Below the pieces are notes generated by a model, which saw only the letters and a list, made by a program, of their open reading frames with translations, was not told the DNA's origin and searched no databases. The position numbers were made by a program, and so were the translations under genes. Shown in pieces: positions 51,705 through 64,000 of a stretch of DNA of 64,000 nt. The DNA lies in assembly GCA_038087875.1 (NCBI GenBank), contig CM075993.1, positions 1,242,001-1,306,000 of the forward strand. The letters run 5' to 3'. Each line of letters begins with the position of its first letter. Within the stretch, counting starts at the first letter, position 1. Source of the stretch: Malacoraja senta. Lineage: Eukaryota.

Positions 51705-53917
51705 TATCTTTTATCTCAGTGCTGTTTCTCTGTATTAACCAAGATAGCTAAAATCTATTAATTCCTGTCTTGAACATAATCAGCAATTGAGCCGTCATCC
51801 CTCTTCGATACAATTCCAAAGGTGCACTGTCAACTGGGTGAAAAATAAAACTTTGCATTCGCAGAATGGCTGACTGCTTATTTTGAGACTGATCACTTAT
51901 TCTGGAAACCCTAGGCACAATAAACATGTACCTTGCCATGGGTAACTTGCCAAAAGATGTACCTTGCCAAGCCCCACAAGAATTTGGTACACTTGAGTAA
52001 GATTCAACCGTATTCTTCTGCGGGCTGCTTTGGAAGGTCCAGTGGGCTTATCTCTTGGGATGGCCTCACCCTATGTGTCAATCTGCTGAACCTTTGCCCC
52101 ACTGCCTAAAAAAACCTAATCATTCCTTTCCTTCCAAAGATATGGCCTGACCTACAGAGCTTGTTTTTTTTGCTTCAGATTCCAGCATCTGCAGTGGCCT
52201 GTGCTTTAGTACATGACAGTTGTGGATCTCGGTTGGATTGACCACTCTTTATCCTTTCTCCTGTCCTCCTTTCTTCACATTGTCTAACCCATCTGTAAAC
52301 TCTATCCATTTAGCTCCCAAACAACAACAGAAATGTTGTTGCAAAAAAAAACAATTTTAAAGGATTCAAGGAACCCATAAAGAAAGCTTCACTCGGCCTG
52401 TGTAGGAAGGAACTGCAGATGCTGGTATAACCGAAGATAGACACAAAATGCTGGAGTAACTCAGGGGACAGGCCGCATCTCTGGAGAGAAGGAATACATG
52501 ACATTTCAGGTCGAGAATGTGGCACCAGTGGAAGAAATCCTGCCTTAGTTTCAGCAATCCAAATTCAATCCTGACCTCTGGGGTTGTCGTATAATAATAA
52601 TAATAATAGATTTTATTTATATAGCGCTTTTCAGGACTCAAAGTCGCTTTAGTGTATGTACTCCTTGTAACCGTGCGGATTTGCTCGAAAAAATACTCCA
52701 GTTTCTTCCCACACCCCAAAGAGTTTGGATGGGATTAATTGAAATTGCCCATAGTAGACTCTGAAGAGAATTAATGGAATGTAAGTAGTATCAACTAGGT
52801 TGGATGCTTGATCAGTTGGCTCTTTCCATACTTTATAACTCTACAACATAGAATTGAGACACGGTCATATCATTTCACCACCCCTCTTCTCAATCATCTT
52901 TGTAGCGATATTGTGCTTTACCTCCAACAAGTTTCCTCCTGAAGTGGAATTAGCTTGCAGAACAAAAAGGAAACCGGTTCCTTTAGGAAAATGCTGCATT
53001 CCCTTCCTCTCTCCAAGCATTGACATGTGAAAATGAATAACGAAAATCTTGTAAATGCGGATCACTTTCCAAACTTCAGCGGACATCCTTCTAGGAAACA
53101 GACATCAATAACAAAATTCACCTCTAATGTATCTTTATCCAACAAAGGAAAAGTGTATTCAAAGACCAAGGGCTCCGCTCTTGTTCCAACTACCCACCAT
53201 CTCCTTCCCACCTGGTTCCATCTATTTTTGCCAGCTCATATCCTAACCTCCTTACACCGATGATTTCCCCCATACATTGTCAGTCCAAATGTAGGTTGTC
53301 AACCAGAAACAACTATGCCTCTGCATCCACAGATGCTGCCCGACCTGCTCAGTTGCTCCAAGAGTTTGTTTTTTTGGCTCCATATTTCACCATTTGCCCC
53401 ACTTTGAGGATAATTGTGTTTGGTTTTCTGAAGCAACGGCATACAGAGTAATTAAAAAAAAGAGACAGACTGCTCTACCACTCAGCTCATAGCACAATGA
53501 CCTGTGAATAAGTTTATCACATATATAACACTGAAATCCTGGATGTGTTGCCTATTCTATCATCTATTTATTGGTCAGACCTGGAGCTGAAGTGGCCTCC
53601 TTCCATGAAATGAAAATATTGTGTGATTCCCAAACCTGTTTTTTCTTCACTTATCTATGCAGGAAAGCTTGCCAATATGAAACTCAACAACAATTAATTG
53701 ACTTTATATAACACGTTTTGCAAGTAGAGAGATATCTTGGACAAGTACAGAATTGCAGTCAGCTATGATAAACATTAAAAGCTCAATCTTACAGTATTTT
53801 GCACTTAAGCTCACACAGGGAATGCTCACTTTGTCAAAGTACCATAGGATTTAATATTTGCAGACCCACACCAAATCGTGGCATGGAGGGTGTTGAAAAA
53901 CTAGTGCAGAAAAGCAA

Positions 53918-55423
53918 ATTCAAGACTATCTGTTCCAGACTCTTTGTAGGGTATGTTGAACAATCCCTGCTCCAGTAAATCTAAGGCGTAGCCATGGGCA
54001 TTTGTATGGGCCCCAGCTATGCCTGCCTCTTTGTGGGGTACTTAAAACAGTCCCTGTTCCAGGCGTACAATGGTCCTATCCCAGAACTCTATCTCCGCTA
54101 CATTGACAACTGCATTGGGGCTACCTCCTGCACCTATGCAGAACTCACGGACTTCATTAACTTCATTACTAATTTCCTTTCTGCTCTCAAATTCACTTGG
54201 ACCATCTCCAATATCTCCCTACCTTTTCTTGGTCTCACCATCTCCATCACAGGAGATAGACTTTCAACTAGCATCTATTATTAACCTACTGGCTCCCACA
54301 GCTATATCATTACACTTCTACCCACTCTGCCTCCTGCAAAGACTCTATCCCCTACTCTCAACTCCACTGTCTATGCCACATCTGCACCCAAGATGAGGTG
54401 TTCCATACCAGGATATCTGAGATGTCCTCATTCTTTGGGGAACAGATGTTCCCCTCTTCCATCATAGATGAGGCCCTCACAAGGGTCTCCTCGATATCTC
54501 GCAGCTCCGCTCTTGCTCTCCACTCTTGCTCTCTGCTCCCCAGTCGCAACAGGGAGAATCCCCCTAGTCCTCACCTTTCACCCCATCAGCCGTCGCATAC
54601 AGCATGTAATCTGCTGGCATTTTCGCCACCTCCAATGGGATCCCACCACTAGCCACATCTTCCCATCTCCACCCTTTCCACTTTCCACAGAGATTCGTCC
54701 CTTCCCACCCTTCCCCTATGACTGCAGAAGATACACATCTATCCCTGTTCCTCCCTCGACTCTCTCCAAGAACCCCAACAGTCTTTTCAAGTGAGGCAGA
54801 GGCTCACTTGCCCCTCCTCCAACCTCATCTACTGTATCCGCTGTTGCAGGTCTGGACTTCTATATATCGGCGAGACCAAGCGCAGGCCTGGCAATCGTTT
54901 TACCGAACACCTCCCTCAGTCTGCCTAAACCTACCTGATCTCACAGTTGCTGAACTTTAACTCTCCCTCCCATTCTGACCTTTCTGTCCTTCCCCTCCAC
55001 TGTCAGAGTGACGCCCAGCACAAATTGGAGGAACAGCATCTTATATTTCGCTTGGGCAGCTTACACCTCAGCAGTATGAATATTGACTTCTCTATTTCTT
55101 TTGCTTTCCTTTGCTTGCTTACCCTCTCTCTCCAACCCTCCCTCTTCCTCGTTCACCAACCAGTCTGACTGTCCCCTTGATTAAACTTTATCTCTGTATG
55201 CTTCATTGTCAGCTTCTCCTAGCTAACAATGATCTGTTCTACATTTTCCTTGATCTACATCCCCTTTGATGTCTTGTTCTCACATCTTACACTTCCTTAT
55301 CTCTGTGTCTCCCTCTCCGCTGACTGTCTGAAGAAGGGTCTCGACCCAAAACATCACTCATTCCTTCTATCCAGATAGGCTGCCTGATCTGCTGAGTTAC
55401 TCCAGTACTTTGTGTCTATCTTC
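53918..55423 (+). mobile_element. Penelope-like element, 5'-truncated: RT, GIY-YIG endonuclease remnants and terminal repeat
   Basis: GVAMGICMGPSYACLFVGY..YLRYIDNCIG (RT); NLIYCIRC..YIGETKR..KLEEQHLIFRLGSL (GIY-YIG); frameshifted; flanking direct repeat GCAGAAAAGCAA (53906-53917 and 55424-55435). Confidence 0.9.
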
Positions 55424-58400
55424 GCAGAAAAGCAATTGACAACTTTACCACAGGACAATCAAATCATTTCATCTACAATTCAACAGAGATTTATAATCAA
55501 ACCTAATAAGTTTCAAATCAGTACATGTATCAGGATTCAGAGGCCAAAGCCAACAACTATCAAAGTCGGTTTCTGAACTTCTTTGGAAATAGAAACATCT
55601 GCAATAGAAGAGTTTAGCAAAGAATACTGAGAGGGGTTATAGCTGCTTATCTCAGAATAAAGAGTTGAGAGGAGATTTGAATAAATTGTTAAAAATCATT
55701 AAGTCAAAGGTATAACTAAGGAAAGAACATCCCATTTGTCAATAGCTTGAGAGCCATACATTAAAGGTTGTTGGTAGATGAACCAAAAGGAAAAAAATCT
55801 AATCTGGATTAAAATAAAAATCTTTGTGCAACAAATAGCCATGAAGCAAGATAAATGTAAAACAAAGTGCAATATTGCGAGAATAGACACAAAAAGCTGG
55901 AGTAACTCAGCGGATCAGAGAGCATCTCTGGAGAAAAAGGAATAGATGGAACAGGAACAACCGATTCTTCCCATAAAATGCATCATGGGCTCAGAGAGCC
56001 AAATGGCTATCTTCTCTATAAAAGTTATAATTTTACATTGCCTTTTATGCAGCTCCACAGCTAACATAAATATTATTTTTGGCTTCTTTTCAAAAGAAGC
56101 TTTCAACATTATTTTTGAGCATTCAGTGAGATAATCAACAATCACTTGTTTATGCTGGAGCAACAATGATACAAGAAGATATGCTTACATAAAGATTTAA
56201 TCCATGATTAAATAAATGATCAACACACATGTAAGCACAAATCACAATGTCCACTTAAACCTTCAATCAGAAATAAATTTAATGATTGGATTCCCACACA
56301 ACAGAAATTAACATCTTCCAGAGAAGAGCAACTGGCTGATAAAACAGTTGAAACAAATAAACTTAAGAAGCAAGCAACAGAAATTGCTGAATACCCATTA
56401 TCTTATCTCAGAAAATCCTAACGGAGCTAATTTAGCATTTTAAAAAATTACTTCTGGACGATGAGTCATAGATTTACACTATTCTCAATCCAATAAATTG
56501 AGCAAATTGATCTTGCACTTCATAAAGCAAGTGGATTCTAATCTCTCACTAATGCATGGAATAATCAAGTAATGCCACCCATTTATCTTGAAGTTACGAC
56601 CACTCAACAAATGGATAAGACATTCATGTCGCAAATATCCAGAAATTATACTAAAAGCGTAGATAAAATGGGCATTAGCAATATATACTAATTGTCTAAA
56701 GTCATAGACCAAAATAACTGAAGCCTTCAAATTAGTCACCAGCTTGACCTCAACTGAGATTTTATTTGAGAAATATGGGCGCAGTGCAGACTAAAACTGA
56801 AATAAAAACAATAATGATTCAACAAATGAACAGAACAAAAGACCAGATTGAAAAAAAAAGGGAAACACCTCTTATACATATGGAATGCACAATAGGAAAA
56901 CACGCCATTTGGTTCAAATGATACACAGATATTAACACGATCTTTGCATTGTTAAGAAATTGCCATTACATTAAAATGTATCTAATTCCACCAAAATTAC
57001 CCTTAAACATATCACTTTTAAACTCGTATATTCCAAATCTTCTGATTAGTTTCCCGATTTCTTACTGGATTTATTAGTGACCTGAAGAAGGGTCTCGACC
57101 CGAAATGCGAGTCAGAAGGGTCTTGACCTGAAACGTCATCTAATCCTTCTCTCCATAGATACTGCCTCACCCGCTGAGTTATTCCATCATTTTTGTCTAC
57201 CTTCGATTTTTCCAGCATCTGCAGTTCTTTCTTAAATATTCAAAATGTTGTCGCTTACTAGTGGACTCTTCCATGATTGAAATATTTATGCTCACATTTT
57301 AATGATTTTCTTGGCTCTTAGGTCATTTATTTACATTTTAAAGTATCCCTTCCTTTTAGAACTCAGTCGAACGAAGCTAACCAGAAATAGAATCCAGTAC
57401 TATGACTTTGAACTTCCCAACAAAGTACTTTGAACTCACTACTGAAGAAAATTGCATAGTGGTTGCAGTAATCAGATGTCAGTCATCTGAAAGATTAAGT
57501 GTCTGACATTTGATAGATTGTGCAGTAATCAGAAAAAGCTCTTCAGGTAAATTTTGAGAGTGAAGCGGTACACTAAATATTCCGCCATAGAATACAAAAC
57601 ATTATTTTACACCAATTAGCCTGACACATGCAGTCCAAGTAATGGTATTGACGATACAGTTCCTTTCATACCAAATCTCAATGTTTTAGTTTACATATTT
57701 GGATTTAAAAATCCAATAATTTGTTTCATTCAATTCTAAAATTGCTGCACTCACTCTTGCTGTGATTCCTCCTGCTCTCCGACCACGTTTTAACCGGGAT
57801 TTGCATGTCTTCCATTCCGTTGCCCTGAGTACAATCGATATCTCTCGTTCTCCTTTCCCCCGACTCTCAGTCTGAAGAAGGGTCTCGACCCGAAATGTCA
57901 CCTATTCTTTTTCTCCACAGATGCTACCTGACCTGCTGAGTTACTCCTGCTTTTTGTGTCATTCAACATTACCACATCATTTACCTCCATTTCGTTCTTC
58001 ATTTTACTTATTTCTATGAATGAAATTAAACTAATGGCAGAAAATCCCACATTCAATACAATTTTCCACTGAGCTGGTATCAAAATCACATCAAAATTTC
58101 AATTCATCTTCTCAGCTCTCGTACACAAGCTTAAACATCAAGTTCCTCTTATAAGTATAACTTCATATCCTTCGCATCATAATTTGCCAGTCAAAATAAA
58201 ATCAAAACACAATCTGAACCCTTTGTCTCCAGATTTTGCTTATTCTACTGTGTTCCTCCAGTAAAATGGAGACTGTACAAGGAAATAGATGCTTCAATCA
58301 GTCTGAGAAAGGGCCATGACCTGAAACGTTGCCTATCCGTTCCCTCTACAGATGCTACCTGCTGAGTTACTCCAGCATTTTGTATTTTGCTCAAATTCCT

Positions 58401-58949
58401 CCCAAGATTGTTTTTTTGCTCCAGATTACATGACAACTTCACACTCCTTTGTTTTGCGATTAAGATACACGCGCTGTGCACAATCAACGGCAAAGGTCTA
58501 ATTACCATTTACTGTTTGATGTTATCCATTCAAGATGACAAGATATGAGAAAACCGAATGGCTCTTTTAACATCAGATATTTTCCAATTAAGTTTCAAAA
58601 ATATATAGACACAAAAAGCTGGAGTAACTCAGCGCGTCAGACAGCATCTGTGGAGAAAATAAATAGGTGACGCTTCGGGTCGAGACCTTTCTTCAGATAG
58701 TTCGGGATGTAGTTAAGCGCATCAACTTTCAGACTTAACAAATAACAAACCCCACCATAGCAAGAAAATGCCTTCCACCGTGACATTTCCTGCAGAACCC
58801 CACGGTAAATATGTAAACAAATGTTAATATATTTTGAGGGAAAAAGTCTGTGCTAAACAAACTGTGTTTGCCTCTGACAATTGGACAAGTGGGAGATTTT
58901 AACCGTTACCGCGACCGTCCTTGCCACTGAGGCACATCTATCTACACCT

Positions 58950-60180
58950 GTACCAACTGGACACCCATCAACCCCGTTGGCAACAGGAGGGTTTTGTGTG
59001 TGTATCCCAGGGTGGTCGGTGTTGAATAGCCCTGGTGGGGCGATACGGGACCATAGCTGGCACGGAGCAGAGTGCCACCGTGCCCGGACACTGCAACGTT
59101 GCGGATCCGTCCCGGTTTCTGTGTGACAGAGGGATACGGGCGCTGGAGATGTGTGGGGAGGTGGCCGGGGCCAGGCTCGGGAACGCGCGTCGGGGGGAGA
59201 AGGGGGGGGGGGGTCGCAGGCTCGGGAGCGCGCTTAGGGATGGGGTCTCGGGGCCCGTCCGGCGGCACAGATTTGAGGGGGAGGCGGACACTGACCGGCC
59301 CGACCCCGGGCGGGAGTCCGGCGCGGTCAGCACGGTGTCCGGAGCGGCCCGAAGGGACAGGACTTGCCGCCCCTCCTGTACTATCCCCTCCCCGACCTCC
59401 CTCCCTCCCACCGACCATTGCCGGTAACCGCACCGACCCGCCTGTTGGCGACTGCAGCCCGGGCCCCACCGTCAGCGCCGCTCCCTCAGCCCCGGCCGGC
59501 TGTCCGCTCCTCTCCTCTCCGGTCCGCTCTCTCTCTCGCGCTCCCGCCGCCGCCGCGCTTCCGTTGGGCACGAGCCGGTGCCCCGCGCATGCGCCACGCG
59601 GCCACGGTCGGGAGGGGGGGGGGTAAGGAGCGTGCTGACGCATGCGCCGTGCGGCATCTCTCCGCAGGCCGGGGCCGCAGCGCCACCTGCCGGCACCGGC
59701 GGGAAGCGGGTGAAGCAGCGGCGGCATGAAGCGGCGCTCTGCGCCATAACGTCGAGCGGAACCGGCTCTGGCCGTCAGGTAATGGTGCTCATTCGTTTCG
59801 GCCGTCACCGCCGTTGGTTTCTGAATAGCTGAGGCAAGGGGGGGAGGTGTATGTGTGTGTGGTGTGCGGGGGTGACGGTGGGGCCTAGTTGCCGGGGCCG
59901 CTCGCAGTTACCCCCGTAACCGGCAGGGCCCGGCGCTGTCGTCAGTCACCGGCTGAAGGCCGTGGGGCGGGGCATTGCGGCTGTCACTCACCCGCGACGT
60001 GGGCGGGGCAGGTGCAGGGGCGGGCAGTCGCGTGTTGGTGTCGATGACGTCACCCGCTCTCGGGGGCGGGTCTACGGCTGTCAATCACCGCCACTGGAGT
60101 GTGAGTCACGTGCCGGGGGCGGGGCCGCATTGCTGGCGCCTGGCTGTCAATCATGCCATAGAAGGCGGGGCTTTTCCTCA
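58950..60180. promoter_or_regulatory. CpG island, putative bidirectional MYO9A/SENP8 promoter containing non-coding first exons
   Basis: Abrupt GC- and CpG-rich stretch between divergent genes. NRF1-type GCGCATGCGC (59585-59594), ETS-like CGGAA cores, several GGGGCGGGG boxes, CRE TGACGTCA (60045-60052), GTCACGTG (60105-60112). Candidate + strand donor CAG|gtaatg at 59778/59779. Confidence 0.85.
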
Positions 60181-60949
60181 GGACTTCAGCAGTGTTATAG
60201 GTAACTCCACCATCTCTCCCTCCCCCTCCCCCCATACACCTCCTCCTCTCTTCCCTGTGCCCCACGCACCTCCCCCTCCACCTCCATTACTTCCTCCAGC
60301 TTCACAATTCAAAACTCTTCAGTCTTTTTGTCTCACACCTTTGTCATTTCATCTCCGACCTTCGTTCAGCCACCTACCTACAACAAAACCTTCCTCACCT
60401 GCATACCTGCCAGGAGTTGTTCTGCCTCTCCTCCCTTCTATCTTTCTTCCCCCCCCCCCACTAATACAATCAGTCTGAAGAAGGGTCCCGACCCAAAACG
60501 TCAACTATCCATGTTCTCCAGAGATGCTGCCTGACTCTATGAGTTACCCAGCACTTTATATGTTTTCTTCAGCAGTAAGTGGGTTTATTTATTGTCATAG
60601 TATTCACAGTATTAGGGTGGGTCTTGCTTCCAGCTGTCAGAAAACTGGAAACAGTCAACTCCCACATCTGTTGGATAGTGGAACATATAAGAATGTGTTT
60701 AAGAAGGAACTGCAGATGCTAGAAAATCAATGGTAGACAAAAATGCTGGAGAAACTCAACGGGTGAGGCAGCATCTATGGAGCGAAGGAATGGTGCCAAC
60801 TATGCTTGTGCCAACTATTCACAAGCTGTATCGACTCTCTGGCCAAGGGGACAAAAAGTAACGTTTCAATGTTTGTTTCATGATATGAGATTAAGTGGGA
60901 ATGTGAGCAGAAATGAGGACATAAAGAGGCTTAACGAGGATCTATTTGA

Positions 60950-61298
60950 GTGACAGAAGGACAAAAAGTGCTGGAGTAACTCAGTGGGTCAGGCAACATC
61001 TCTAGAGAACATGGATAGATGACCTTTTGGGCCAGGACCCTTCAAACACACTGATCGTGGCAGATGGAGGAAAATGTTTATCAAGAAGACAGGCACAAAA
61101 TGGCGGACTAACTCAGCGGGACAGGCAGCATCTCTGGAGAGAAGGAATGGATGACGTTTCAGGACGCGTCTGACGAAGGGTCTCAAGCCGAAATGTCACA
61201 CATTCCTTCTATCCAGAGATGCTGCCTGTCCCGCTGAGATACTCCAGCATTTTGTGTCTATCTTCGGTGTAAACCAGCCTCTGCAGTTTCTTCCTACA
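60950..61298. mobile_element. Cluster of PLE terminal repeats (one single copy plus one fold-back pair)
   Basis: Repeated ggagtaactcagcgggacaggcagcatctctggag and its reverse complement. Confidence 0.8.
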
Positions 61299-61689
61299 CG
61301 TGAGGTTTATCCACCTCAGTAGAAAGAAACATAGATACTGAGTATTTTTGAAATGTTGACATTGAATCCATGTCTCAGGAATTTATCATCCAATATCAAA
61401 TTGTACGATCAGATTACATGTTGAGTATTGTGTTAATTTGACATCTAGACATGTTAGGCATTGGAGGTCATCCATGCAGAAGCAAAGAGATGATCGCAGA
61501 TGGAAGGCCTGGGAACGTTTGAATCTTTTCAGCCATGGCAGGAATCAAACCAGAGATAATCTGAAAGATTATTGTAAAAGAATAGCTGGTTAGAATATGA
61601 AGTAAAATGCAGCATAAAGAAAATGATGTCACTTCAAATTAACAGGTATATTCTTAACTAGTATCACATAATTAAATGACCAAATGATT

Positions 61690-62078
61690 GAAAGATACAG
61701 CATAGAAACAGGCCCTTCAGCCCATCGAGTCCACACCGAATATCAATCACCCGTTCACACTAGTTCCATGTTATCCCACTTTCGCATCCACTCTCTATAC
61801 ACTGGGGGCAATTTACAGAGGGCCAATTAACCTACAAACCAAACAATTTTGGGATGTGGGAGGAAACCGGAGAACCTGGAGCACCCAGTCACAGGGAGAA
61901 CGTGCAAACTGCACAAAGACAGCACCCAAGGTCAGGATCAAACTGGGTCTCTGGAGATAGACACAAAATGCAGGAGTAACTCAGTGGGACAGTTGCATCT
62001 CTGGGGAGATGAAATGGGACGTTTTAGGTTGAGCTTCTCTGGAGCTGTGAGGCAGCAGCTCTACCCACTGCACAACTG
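61690..62078 (-). mobile_element. tRNA-derived SINE of the same family, interrupted by a short PLE repeat (~61955-62030)
   Basis: Reverse complement of the 24355-24635 SINE motifs. Confidence 0.75.
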
Positions 62079-62172
62079 AACAGTGCAATAGGACATTAGA
62101 ACCTTATCAGATAGATGAGCGACAATGACTGTATGGGTTTGTGTTCATATAGTGATGGTGATCTCTTATGTA

Positions 62173-62361
62173 GACAAAAATGCTGGAGAAACTCAGCGGG
62201 TGAGGCAGCATCTATGGAGCGAAGGAATAGGTGACATTACGGGTCTCGACCCGAAATGTCAGCTATTCCTTCGCTCCATAGATGCTGCCTCACCCGCTGA
62301 GTTTCTCCAGCATTTTCGTCTACCTTCGATTTTTCCAGCATCTACAGTTCTTTCTTAAACA
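62173..62361. mobile_element. Fold-back PLE terminal-repeat insertion upstream of the SENP8 acceptor
   Basis: 15-bp TSD GTGATCTCTTATGTA (62158-62172 and 62362-62376); ~75-bp arms centred on GGGTCTCGACCC. Confidence 0.9.
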
Positions 62362-62471
62362 GTGATCTCTTATGTAATCTGCCTGCCATCTCTGATATAA
62401 AATTACCTATGTGTGCCTGCAATAAATATGGACAAGAATGTAAAGTGCTTTTGTTGCTTTTCAGGAGCAGC

Positions 62472-63107
62472 ATGAATTCGGTGATCCTAAGCTACCATGA
62501 CAGCTTGATACGGCACTCAGACATGCTGCTGCTCAACCCACCCAACTGGCTGAATGACCACATCATTGGCTTTGCCTTTGAGTACTTTGCCACCGAGCAG
62601 TACAAGGAGCTGCTGGGCAAGGTGTGCTTCATCAGCCCTGAGGTGACCCAGTTTATCAAGTGTACGACCAGTCAGGAGGAGCTGGCCATCTTCCTGGAGC
62701 CGCTCGCCCTGAACCAGAAGAGCTTGGTCTTCCTGGCAGTCAACGATAACTCCGTGCAGGCGGCTGGCGGGTCTCACTGGAGCCTGCTCCACTACAGCAG
62801 GGACAAGGACTGTTTCAGCCACTTTGATTCCTGCAGCAGCATGAACGAAAGCCATGCCCGTCAGATTGCCAGGAAACTGCAGCACTTCTTGGGAACCAAA
62901 TCTGAAGTGCCTTTCTTAGAAGAGCTGGCGCCAGTCCAGAAAAACAGCTATGATTGTGGGATGTACGTTATCTGTAACACAGAGGTTCTTTGTGAGCAGT
63001 ACCTCAGGGGTGAGCAGAGGCCACTGATGATGGTCATCACACCATCTTACATCACCCAGAAGAGAGTTAGCTGGAAAAAGCTGATTGAGCGGTTGTCGAA
63101 GGAATAA
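62472..63107 (+). CDS. SENP8: Sentrin-specific protease 8 / NEDD8-specific protease (NEDP1/DEN1), 211 aa, single coding exon
   Basis: MNSVILSYHDSLIRHSD...WLNDHIIGFAFEYF...GGSHWSLL...HFDS...QKNSYDCGMYVICN, with a Ulp1-family His-Asp-Cys triad. Acceptor ttgcttttcag|GAGCAGCATG at 62464/62465, so the track's ATG at 62409 is intronic. Confidence 0.96.
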   Translation: MNSVILSYHDSLIRHSDMLLLNPPNWLNDHIIGFAFEYFATEQYKELLGKVCFISPEVTQFIKCTTSQEELAIFLEPLALNQKSLVFLAVNDNSVQAAGGSHWSLLHYSRDKDCFSHFDSCSSMNESHARQIARKLQHFLGTKSEVPFLEELAPVQKNSYDCGMYVICNTEVLCEQYLRGEQRPLMMVITPSYITQKRVSWKKLIERLSKE

Positions 63108-63912
63108 CTACTTCTTGCCAAAATGTCTACCTTGTTTTGTGGATGAGTCAGCTATATTTTTGTTTACAGTCGTCGTTACCTTTACAGAGTTGGGGAATGC
63201 TTCAATATAAAAAGGCTGTGGATTTTTGAATGTTGTGAAAGTTGCCCCTTTTAAGATGGCTGAGGAATCTTGTTCCTCCACATCCCCCAACTCTTAGCAA
63301 AGTAAGTTTCCAGTTGGCTACCTTCCTTGTAATATTGAGAGTGCACTATATTACAGGTATACAACGACTCTGTCATGTAATCTGACCTTGCACAAAACTA
63401 TTTCACCAAAAATTACACCGCTATTGGTCCACGGGGGAGAAAGAGTAATAGAACTGATGGTAACATGCCATTGCTGTACCTGTTAACCAACTGTGCCATT
63501 ATTTATCCACGTGTGATAGTGCTCCACAACACCTCATTCACCCGTGGCTGAATTATGTGCAAATGACATTTAATCTGATATTTCCTTGAGGTTTCTTTGT
63601 TTTATCTTGAATCTGAAAATTCTATGTGTCGATGCAGCATCAAAAACAGAATCACAAGGGACTTGCATTGCAGTACCCTTGTTTTTGAGATTATATCCTC
63701 AAGATTTACCTCGGGCTTTCTATCATTCAATCCCCCTGATATCCAACAATCCACAGGCTTTCGAAACATGGAACTTGTTGTCATTTGATAGTTTTATGAT
63801 TTAGCATCTTCTCTGTGTTGGTTCTTCCTATTTTTCAGTCATGACAGGGGTTGGTTCATTATGGTTGAGTTGTCATTTTAACTATTTGTTACATTAGGGT
63901 GGGGGAATTGGA

Positions 63913-63918
63913 ATTAAA
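63913..63918 (+). promoter_or_regulatory. Candidate SENP8 polyadenylation signal (ATTAAA)
   Basis: ATTAAA about 800 nt after the stop codon, with a TG/T-rich tract near 63970; motif evidence only. Confidence 0.3.
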
Positions 63919-64000
63919 AATATCATATTCACAAAATACATTTTAAACCAGCAACCTGTTATTTTCAGAGAATGTTTTGTGCTGTGCTTCATTATATTAC

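Noticed and set aside
58942..60478. Long overlapping ORFs (288, 184, 167 aa and others) in the CpG island
   Set aside because: Low-complexity Arg/Gly/Pro/Ala translations in several frames on both strands are expected from stop-poor GC-rich DNA; no recognisable domain
1444..62376. Dispersed palindromic repeats as a CRISPR-like or REP-like array
   Set aside because: Irregular spacing, no unique equal-length spacers, no cas genes, vertebrate intron context; the repeats are PLE termini with TSDs
62409..62471. 21-aa N-terminal extension of SENP8 in the ORF track
   Set aside because: Lies across a polypyrimidine tract and AG acceptor (62463-62464); homology to SENP8 begins at ATG 62472
62517..62885. 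122-aa antisense ORF within SENP8
   Set aside because: Shadow of G/C-ending codon usage; no independent evidence

Overview
Eukaryotic (vertebrate) genomic DNA, very probably a cartilaginous fish and most likely a skate or ray; this is inferred from the repeat families, not proven. The window holds a head-to-head gene pair. MYO9A (unconventional myosin IXa) is on the minus strand, with eight coding exons I could delimit by GT-AG boundaries and phase (36611-35769, 14814-14720, 12651-12589, 11084-10985, 10814-10758, 3879-3782, 3336-3210, 1799-1710); the gene continues beyond position 1. SENP8/NEDP1 (deneddylase) is on the plus strand with a single coding exon at 62472-63107. A CpG island at about 58950-60180 lies between them and is the likely shared promoter. 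The introns are dense with CR1 and Rex/Babar-like LINE fragments, tRNA-derived SINEs, MITEs and Penelope-like elements (PLE). The most notable unexplained structures are: (1) more than 20 PLE terminal repeats carrying a minimal hammerhead-ribozyme core, many inserted as fold-back palindromes with 12-16 bp target-site duplications; (2) a ~1 kb non-coding, GC-rich retroelement family with an L2-type tail, YY1-like heads and a conserved hairpin; (3) a near-perfect 30-bp hairpin, uORFs and a triplicated GC-box/PBX-PKNOX promoter module. No prokaryotic-type system (CRISPR, operon) is present, and most short ORFs in the track are spurious or repeat-derived.
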